Below are positions 16,652-22,574 of a stretch of DNA of 22,574 nt, piece after piece. This DNA comes from a bacterium (GTDB lineage Bacteria; 4484-113; JAGGVC01): positions 1 to 22,574 of the forward strand of contig JAGGVC010000134.1 of NCBI GenBank assembly GCA_021158185.1, read 5' to 3'. Under the pieces are notes generated by a model. That model searched no databases. It saw only the letters and a list, made by a program, of their open reading frames with translations, and was not told the DNA's origin. A program made the position numbers and the translations under genes. Position 1 is the first letter of the stretch; the number at the start of each line of letters is the position of its first letter.

Positions 16652-18390
16652 CAATAATCCCACCACCACCACAAGTAGCTCCACTGATACAAGTATATGT
16701 CCCCTGGCGTCACCCAAAATCCACCGTCCACATCTATATCTTCAGAATACCAGTACGGGTTGAAATATGCTCCACCCCACCATCCGACCCACGCAAGTTG
16801 AGAGCAGTAATGCTCGTTAAAATCATCCTTTTGCACACCTAAATTGTATGTCTGGCCTACAGTCCAATCGAAAAAGGTCATTAGCTGGTCAAGTACACCT
16901 GGACAAATCATTTGATCAGCGTGGTATATCCAAATTTCCCAAGTGCACCTAATAGCCCGAATATCCCGGTTGTAGACCCAGTTTCTTGCATATGGTATTC
17001 GCTGCACACCTTGTCCAAAGCCGATTGCTTCGACCGTTTCCGCATAGGTCCAGTACTGTGAATACGTGTCCGTGGCTACAATACCGGTATGGTGCCAACC
17101 GTATGGCCACAACCACTCAGGGACCCATGTGAGTGGATTTTCGAAGTTCTGTTCGTAATTCGCCGTCAAAATGTCTCCACGAAAGAAACATTGAGGAAAT
17201 GCGCTGTAATTGGTTGGGCCAACCGGGTTGGGCGAGTTACCTCCGTACGGATAATACTGGCTCGGAAGCCTGCCAGCGAAGTAGTCCTCAAAGAACTTTT
17301 TCCACCAATTTGGAAGCCAGAACGATGGCTCACGTTCGAGCAAGGGAGTCATGGGCTCGCTGCTTCCAGCTTCACGCCGAAACTTGTTTTCAATGGCTTG
17401 CGCTTTTATGTCGTATATAGGTTGCTCAAGATCAATGCCTTCCAAATCTAGAGGGTTTATATTCCAATCCTCGATATCCAGAATATATGCATCGTAATAG
17501 ACCTGTCCCGTAGGCATTGCAATGCAGGGGTTCACGCTCTCACCAAGGATTGTTTCTGCCACTTCTGGAGTCAACCAGACCGCTGTACCAGGCTCCTCGT
17601 GAGAGATGGGCTCGCCCCTCATGTAGTATGACCCGTCGGACTTTTGCAGCAGGGGCACCATTTGGTTTGCTAGGTCTTCTCGAGAGTGAAAGCTGGAGCT
17701 TTCAATATCAATAAATTCTCCCGAGACGGTTGACGTCGTAATCACCAGTTCACCCTCGAACCCTACTGCGGCGACCAGATGGCGCTCCGACTCGCCGATA
17801 ACATCGGGGGAATCCTCAATTACGCTTGGAAGAAGGAAATATACTGTTCGTCTCCCGGTTTCCGGATCGGTGAAAGTTGTGTCAATCTGTTCATTCGCCT
17901 GTTGGGGAGATATAACGTGGTAGCCAAGCAAAAGCTCAAGCTGATTCTGCTGTTCATCCAGCGCTTGATAAGCAACCTCAAATTCAGGGTCAGGCAACTG
18001 ATGCCCTTGATCATCTTCATAGATGTACTCGAAGTAACCGATCACGTATCCGGTGTTGCCTTGGAATTCAACAACATGGGAACTACCGAATGTTAAGTCT
18101 GTAAGGCAGGGCGTGAATATCTCGGTCACGGGATCCAGAATTAAAGGCAGTTCAGTGTAATAAAGGCCCACGATCCAAGGCGAATACACACTCACGGTTC
18201 CTCCATTGTACTCGACCTCGACGACAGGCGTATCACTAAGGCCGCCAGCTAGCGGGTACTCCCCTCCTCCAATTCCCGGATCAAAACCGGGGCTGTTACT
18301 GGGCAATCTAAAAGGACCAAGTTGAGTCCTGTCAACTGGTACCGACCCGTCGCGTTCCAAGTCACCGGTTTGCGGTTTGTCCGGATTCAA
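16651..18390 (-). CDS. Protein with C-terminal YiiX/YaeF-like permuted papain-fold (C92, NlpC/P60 superfamily) domain and an acidic N-terminal region of unknown function; 5' end unresolved
   Basis: The C-terminus carries WHHTGIV (His block) about 95 residues before EHYCSQLAWVGWW (Cys block). This matches the permuted His...Cys order and the SHTGM / YCSEVVW motifs of E. coli YiiX. The C-terminal tail is W/Y-rich (YLYQWSYLWWWWDY). The tracked start is TTG 18390, but the frame stays open to 18537 and the only strong SD+ATG (18536) is in the +1 frame. Confidence 0.6.
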   Translation of the reverse strand: MNPDKPQTGDLERDGSVPVDRTQLGPFRLPSNSPGFDPGIGGGEYPLAGGLSDTPVVEVEYNGGTVSVYSPWIVGLYYTELPLILDPVTEIFTPCLTDLTFGSSHVVEFQGNTGYVIGYFEYIYEDDQGHQLPDPEFEVAYQALDEQQNQLELLLGYHVISPQQANEQIDTTFTDPETGRRTVYFLLPSVIEDSPDVIGESERHLVAAVGFEGELVITTSTVSGEFIDIESSSFHSREDLANQMVPLLQKSDGSYYMRGEPISHEEPGTAVWLTPEVAETILGESVNPCIAMPTGQVYYDAYILDIEDWNINPLDLEGIDLEQPIYDIKAQAIENKFRREAGSSEPMTPLLEREPSFWLPNWWKKFFEDYFAGRLPSQYYPYGGNSPNPVGPTNYSAFPQCFFRGDILTANYEQNFENPLTWVPEWLWPYGWHHTGIVATDTYSQYWTYAETVEAIGFGQGVQRIPYARNWVYNRDIRAIRCTWEIWIYHADQMICPGVLDQLMTFFDWTVGQTYNLGVQKDDFNEHYCSQLAWVGWWGGAYFNPYWYSEDIDVDGGFWVTPGDIYLYQWSYLWWWWDY

Positions 18391-18626
18391 ACCGGCATCT
18401 TGCGGTGCATCGCCGCCGTAGCCCTCACTCAGCGAAGCATTGGCGCTTGCATCCTGCGAGGGATAAAGGGGACTTGAATCATTGCTGCAACCGGTGAAGC
18501 TGTTCTCTTCACAATCTCTGAAAAATGATATTCCATCTTACTTCCCTCCACGTAAATTCCTCTACAGGCGATATTCGTATCGAATCCCATAGCCTGCGAC
18601 ACTCACGGTATTATTCCAGCATCTTT

Positions 18627-18655
18627 ATTATATCGGAAATCTCCCCGAATTTCAA
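18627..18655 (-). promoter_or_regulatory. Consensus sigma70 promoter TTGAAA-17-TATAAT for the YiiX-like operon
   Basis: Minus strand reads TTGAAA (18655..18650), a 17-nt spacer, then TATAAT (18632..18627). It lies about 90 nt upstream of the SD GGAGGG (18549..18544) and ATG 18536. Confidence 0.55.
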
Positions 18656-18819
18656 GTTTTCTATCGCCAGCTTCTTGAGAACGCCCGTTGAGCCCGCTCC
18701 AGCCAACATGGTCTTACCTCAGTAATACGATACCCCCGCCTGCGGCTCGCCAAACGCCAAAGTCCCATCATCACAACCGAAAACGCTCTTATTTTATTGA
18801 TATAAGCTAAAATCGTCGT

Positions 18820-19701
18820 ATGCTTTATTCGGTTTCGGAATCAAGGCTCGATTTCATTCTGGACAGCGTCGTTGGCAGGGATAGTCCCGTGCATTTCAGC
18901 CTGAAATCCTGGGCGACCATCAGCCATCCGGATGTGCCGCGCCCCGCGGTTCTCACAGATAACCTCGAGAATCCGTCAGTCGTTATCCTTTGCGGAGTTG
19001 ACTGGATGACCGGCTGGACAAAGGACGACGATCTGTGGCTGAAGGTGTTCCGCGACGTTCTGATGGGCGAAGGCGAATTCCCGCGCGGGTTTCCTTCCCC
19101 AGGCGGATGGCGCGGAGGTTCGGTGTCGATGTCCGCGGTTGTGCGCCGCCCGTACCTGTTTCTCGGCCAGGTTCCTTCAGCGATGACCAGGGGTGCGCTT
19201 GAAGCTGGATTCATCGCCGAAGAAGACGATATACAAATCGAGCCCGCCGCCGAGTTCTGGTATCTTGAGGGCGAGCCAAGGTTTTCTGAGCATGTAAAAC
19301 ACCCCTGCCGCGTATGCGAAGGGCTTGGACTATTCGAGCTGATCCGCGCCGGATGGCCGTACGGCGACGCGGAAGGCACATACATTAAAGAGTGCTTGCT
19401 CACCGGGCCGAGCTTTGTTTGCGAGGTGGACGGCGAGCCGGTTTGTGCGAGCGCTACGCATCTTTCACGAACGATGGGGATGATCTACACGCCTGAGGAG
19501 CTTCGGGGCAGAGGCTATGCGTCGAGTCTTGCCGCGTTTCAGGTTGACGAAATGCTCAGGCGCGACGGAATTGCGTCGGCACATATCTGGCATTCGAACG
19601 AGCCCAGCAGGGCACTTGTGAAAAAGCTGGGTTTTGAGAGATTTGCGGGATGGTTTGGATGGTATCGGCTCTTCTTTCCGGAAACACAATTCCTGCCTTA
19701 G
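18820..19701 (+). CDS. GNAT-family N-acetyltransferase (FR47-like C-terminal domain)
   Basis: The C-terminal region CASATHLSRTMGMIYTPEELRGRGYASSLAAFQVDEMLRRDG...KKLGFE has the acetyl-CoA-binding R/Q-x-x-G-x-G/A motif of GNAT enzymes. The start is uncertain: ATG 18820 overlaps a promoter-like TTGATA-16-TATGCT, and in-frame ATG 19006 has GGAG 8 nt upstream. Confidence 0.55.
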   Translation: MLYSVSESRLDFILDSVVGRDSPVHFSLKSWATISHPDVPRPAVLTDNLENPSVVILCGVDWMTGWTKDDDLWLKVFRDVLMGEGEFPRGFPSPGGWRGGSVSMSAVVRRPYLFLGQVPSAMTRGALEAGFIAEEDDIQIEPAAEFWYLEGEPRFSEHVKHPCRVCEGLGLFELIRAGWPYGDAEGTYIKECLLTGPSFVCEVDGEPVCASATHLSRTMGMIYTPEELRGRGYASSLAAFQVDEMLRRDGIASAHIWHSNEPSRALVKKLGFERFAGWFGWYRLFFPETQFLP

Positions 19702-19853
19702 TAACACCGTACCGGCTAAGCTGGAATGAGATTTTTCGAGAAAATATCACAAGCATGTGTTCCGGGAAGTTTTTCTTTTTTGAGCTGGGGAATAATACCA
19801 TTTTTACAAAATCGCGGTATACTTAATTCAGTCGCCCTGTCATGAGCTCGTTT

Positions 19854-19864
19854 CCCCCCCCCGA
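19854..19864. repeat. Homopolymeric poly-C tract (9 or more C)
   Basis: At least 9 consecutive C counted at 19854-19862 in the intergenic region; the exact length and end coordinate were not pinned down. It lies inside a weak minus-strand ORF (19716..19901), where it would encode GGG. Confidence 0.5.
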
Positions 19865-19917
19865 CGGCGGGTTCAGAAGGGCGACCAGGTCTCATTTTCA
19901 ATTACGCTCCATATTTA

Positions 19918-19941
19918 CCCCGCATTTGCGGGGTTTTTTTT
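19918..19941 (+). terminator. Rho-independent terminator
   Basis: CCCCGCA-ttt-TGCGGGG stem-loop followed by T8 on the plus strand. Confidence 0.7.
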
Positions 19942-20127
19942 CGCTGATGCTCAAACCTGCCTGACTCAATCTTCTCCAGGAAAATTATTCTGTGGAAAAG
20001 CCCGAAAGGCGCGATATTGCAGAAGAAACGGTTCACAGCCTGCGCGGATGCCAGGACGTAATTTGAAGTGAATTCGGTGTTCGAAAATAACTGCCAGCCG
20101 GTTTGCAGAATAAGTTATAATAAACTT

Positions 20128-20221
20128 GCGGCGGTTGATGGGGTCCGGTGGCCCCCGCGGTCTTCAAAACCGTTGGCGCGGGAGATCCCCGCGCGGGAGG
20201 TTCGACTCCTCCCTCCGCCGT
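20128..20221 (+). tRNA. selC: Candidate selenocysteine tRNA (tRNA-Sec, anticodon UCA), selC-like
   Basis: 6-bp D-stem GGGGTC/GGCCCC with 4-nt loop CGGT (20140-20155). Anticodon arm GCGGT-CUUCAAA-ACCGT has U33, UCA and A37 (20157-20173). A long variable arm forms a 7-bp stem (20176-20194). T-arm is GGAGG-TTCGACT-CCTCC (20196-20212). The anticodon loop, D-loop and GGTTCGACTCC T-arm are identical to E. coli selC as recalled. The acceptor is imperfect (GCGGCGG/CCGCCGT, 7 bp including G-U) and the acceptor-to-D linker is 4 nt, not 2. TATAAT at 20116-20121 places +1 at the predicted 5' end. Confidence 0.5.
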
Positions 20222-20223
20222 TA

Positions 20224-22012
20224 TTAGCTTGTCTTTCCGAAAACCTCTACCAGAAACTTTTCCATCCGCGTGTAGAAGTCGATCCTGTTTGCGGGATTAT
20301 GAAAACCATGCCCTTCACCGGGGTAAAGCACGTATTCAACGTCCGCGCCGGCCCCTTCAAGCGCCTCAGCCATCCTCCCGCCCTCGGATTCCTTAACTCG
20401 CGGGTCATTCGCTCCCTGCGCGATCAGCATCGGTATCCGCACGTCTGAAGCGAAATTGAGCGGACTTCTGCCTGCAAGAAACTGCACATCGGTTCTGTCC
20501 TCGTCGCTCCATTCCGATTCCGGTTTGAGCTCGCCCGCCATCTCGCCGTCCTCATACCTCGGAACGCGTTCAATCCTATATTCATTTTGTTTGATTCTGT
20601 GCGTGAAGTGTTGCGGAGACGAGCTGAGATGACTCACGAGATCCGAGACGCCGTATAGCGAAATTGCCCCCGCATACAGGTCTGGCGTGAAAGTCGCACC
20701 TGCAAACGCGGCGTATCCGCCGTAGCTTTCCCCGAATATGACGGTTTTTCCCGCCTCGGTTATGGCCTGCGACTCAGCCCACTTGACGGCATCGGTCAGA
20801 TCGTCCTGCATCTTGCCACCCCACTCGCGGTATCCCGCACTCAGAAAGTCCTTGCCATATCCCATCGAGCCGCGGTTGGCGAGCCACTGAGCCACCGGGT
20901 TGAATCCCCAGAAATCGCGCCCCATAGGACCGCCGTGCACGTTAAGAACCATCGGCCCCGGCCCTTGCCAGTCCAGGGGAAGCGTGAGATACCCGTGGAT
21001 TTCCAAACCGTCGCGCGCAGTAAAACTCACGGGCGTCATTCTTGCCAGCGGCAGTCCTTCAAGCGCCGTCGAATACACGAAAAGCCTCCTGTAAACCGAC
21101 GTTTTGCAGTCATAGATCCCGTAGGAAGCGGGCCCATCGTCCCGCGTAAACATGACAAGAATGTATTCGCCGTCCAACGACTGGTCGATGATATACATGT
21201 CGCCCCGTTCCGCATCGCTCAGTGCATCGATGATGTTTCTGTAGTCGTCCTCGATGGCGCGCCATTCGACCCTCTCTTTCAGGAAATTCGCCGCCACGAC
21301 TTCCCTTGTCCTTGGGTGTTGGGTGACGGCCAGGACATCGTATTGCGGGTCTTCCAGCAGCACGCACTCCTCTCCTGATGCAATGTTGTACTCGCAGAGC
21401 GCGCCGGCATTTCTGTTAATGCTGTCGACCAAGTAGAGCTTGTCGTTGTCCATTGAGAAGCCGATGATTCTGGTTGTTTGTGTATAGTCGGGCGGGATTG
21501 CGAAAAGCATCCGATATGGCTCCGATGTTCGTTCACGGAGATGTACTTCTGCGCCTCCGTCCGCAGTCACCGCAATGTAACCGCGTATATCGAGATTGTT
21601 GTCGATCAGCCAAGTCTGGATGTCCGTCCTTGACTCCTCTGCGAGCTTCATCTCGCCTGTCCGGATGTTTATTCGGTACAGGTCATGGACTCGCCGCTCC
21701 CGCCTCAGGGTCGAGAAGATAGAACTGGAAGTCCTCAGACCTGCCAGGGTCGCGTCTGAATAGTATCTTGCCGTTCATCGTCCAGGAGTAGTAAGGATCG
21801 ATATCGAGTTCGTTTTCATGCGTAAGCACACGAGGCTCGCCCCCATCAGTCGGCATTATCCACAGGTTTAGAACTCCCTCGTATGGTGCAAGGTACGCAA
21901 CAAGCTTTCCATCGGGGGAGATTGATGGGCATGCGCGGTAAGGCGCGCCTAAGAGAACTTCAAGAGGAATGATCTGTTTTTCTGTACCGGAAAGGTTCAA
22001 CATATTAATCAC
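20224..22012 (-). pseudogene. S9 family (prolyl oligopeptidase / dipeptidyl-aminopeptidase-like) serine peptidase, split by a frameshift near 21683-21725
   Basis: The N-terminal beta-propeller part (22012..21683) starts at GTG with GGAGG 8 nt upstream and contains SPDGKLVAYL. It ends in ...FYLLDPEAGAASP*. The C-terminal part (21651..20224) continues in another frame, which is open upstream as ...REREVHDLYRINIRTGEMKLAEE. It carries catalytic GESYGG (Ser) and GEGHGF (His). Deleting one G in the gaggcgggagcgg run would fuse them into a single peptidase of about 596 aa. Confidence 0.65.
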
Positions 22013-22173
22013 CTTAATCGCCTCCGGTTGCTGAAACGAAACATGAGATTAATGTACGATAACCTGAATAGGCATCTAAAGCAAATTTCTTCTGCGCTGA
22101 CAATTGCCAAACTACCTGGCATACTGTCGGGTGATTATGCGCATCCGGCCACCTGGTGTGATAAGGTAAACAG

Positions 22174-22574
22174 GTGGAGATGCTTGAATTTGCAAAGGTT
22201 GTCAGTGACGATGGGCGTGCCAACAAATGGCTTCGAAATTTGGCACGAAAAATCGACCGCCGGGGAGCGCTTTCAGGGCGCGAAATATGTCCCGTATGCG
22301 GCTTCAGAAAGCGATGGAAGCTACGCCGTGATCATTACAAGTGTGCACGATGTAAATGCGAATATACACCGATAACTGGTACCGTATTATGCAACTCATG
22401 AATTGAAGTAAGGAAATGGCTTGTTATCATAAAGATGTTTCAACTGGAGCAGTCTGCCAGGCGGGCCGCCGCGGAAGCCGATGTGAATTACCGGACGGCG
22501 CATCGCATATACATGCTTCTGAGGGAGGCGATTCTCGCCGGTGATTTCGAGGAGTCGGCCGCGCTCGGAGGCGA
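22174..22574 (+). mobile_element. IS1595-family transposase, 5' portion (zinc-ribbon then HTH), interrupted by in-frame TGA at 22399-22401; truncated by window end
   Basis: The N-terminus (start GTG 22174 or ATG 22180) has ...KWLRNLARKIDRRGALSGREICPVCG...YKCARCKCEYTPITGTVL, matching the IS1595 zinc-ribbon (RWP.G..CP.CG....Y.C..C....S.TGT.F). After TGA the same frame continues open to 22574 as IEVRKWLVIIKMFQLEQSARRAAAEADVNYRTAHRIYMLLREAIL. This matches the following HTH segment (..KW.......S.R..A.ELGV.YKTAWRM.H.IREAM). Confidence 0.55.

Noticed and set aside
19716-19901. 61-aa minus-strand ORF spanning the poly-C tract
   Set aside because: It has a TTG start, poor SD spacing and a low-complexity translation, and it sits in a terminator-containing intergenic region. 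It is kept only as context for the homopolymer finding.
22399-22401. The in-frame TGA in the transposase read as selenocysteine, given the nearby tRNA-Sec candidate
   Set aside because: No SECIS-like element was recognised downstream, and transposases are not known selenoproteins. A nonsense mutation in an IS copy is far more likely. It is kept only as a check in the findings.
1-22574. CRISPR array or other tandem repeat arrays
   Set aside because: Visual inspection found no regularly spaced direct repeats of 24-48 nt anywhere in the window.

Overview
This window mixes conserved housekeeping genes with lower-GC accessory segments, and most coding density is on both strands with Shine-Dalgarno-rich starts. 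The high-GC backbone carries mfd (minus), a DUF502 membrane protein, glutaryl-CoA dehydrogenase, tRNA-Val(CAC) on the minus strand, glyA and a class-I/II aminotransferase. Three near-consensus sigma70 promoters (TTGNNN-17-TATNAT) were read directly, at 522-550(-), 5677-5705(+) and 18627-18655(-).

The promoter at 5677 is followed by a perfect palindromic operator and a roughly 590-nt leader. It heads a compact cluster of small ORFs: an untracked 52-aa DUF4177 gene, a short YtrA-like GntR regulator, an overlapping 29-aa hydrophobic micro-ORF and an SPFH/band-7 membrane protein.

The promoter at 18627 heads the candidate for a new system. It is a minus-strand operon whose first gene has an acidic N-terminal region of unknown function (roughly 400 aa) fused to a C-terminal YiiX/C92-like permuted papain-fold (NlpC/P60 superfamily) domain. 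That gene overlaps a 395-aa lipoprotein by one nucleotide and is followed by a 180-aa lipoprotein. Its 5' end is anomalous: the strong SD+ATG is in the +1 frame relative to the long ORF.

The 3' end of the window looks like an integration hotspot. It holds a probable tRNA-Sec (selC, anticodon UCA), a frameshifted S9 (prolyl-oligopeptidase family) peptidase, and the 5' part of an IS1595-family transposase with an in-frame TGA.

Between about 19.7 and 20.1 kb there is a long poly-C tract (9 or more consecutive C) and a canonical rho-independent terminator. GC content, CRISPR absence and family assignments are judged by eye or from remembered motifs and need computational confirmation.
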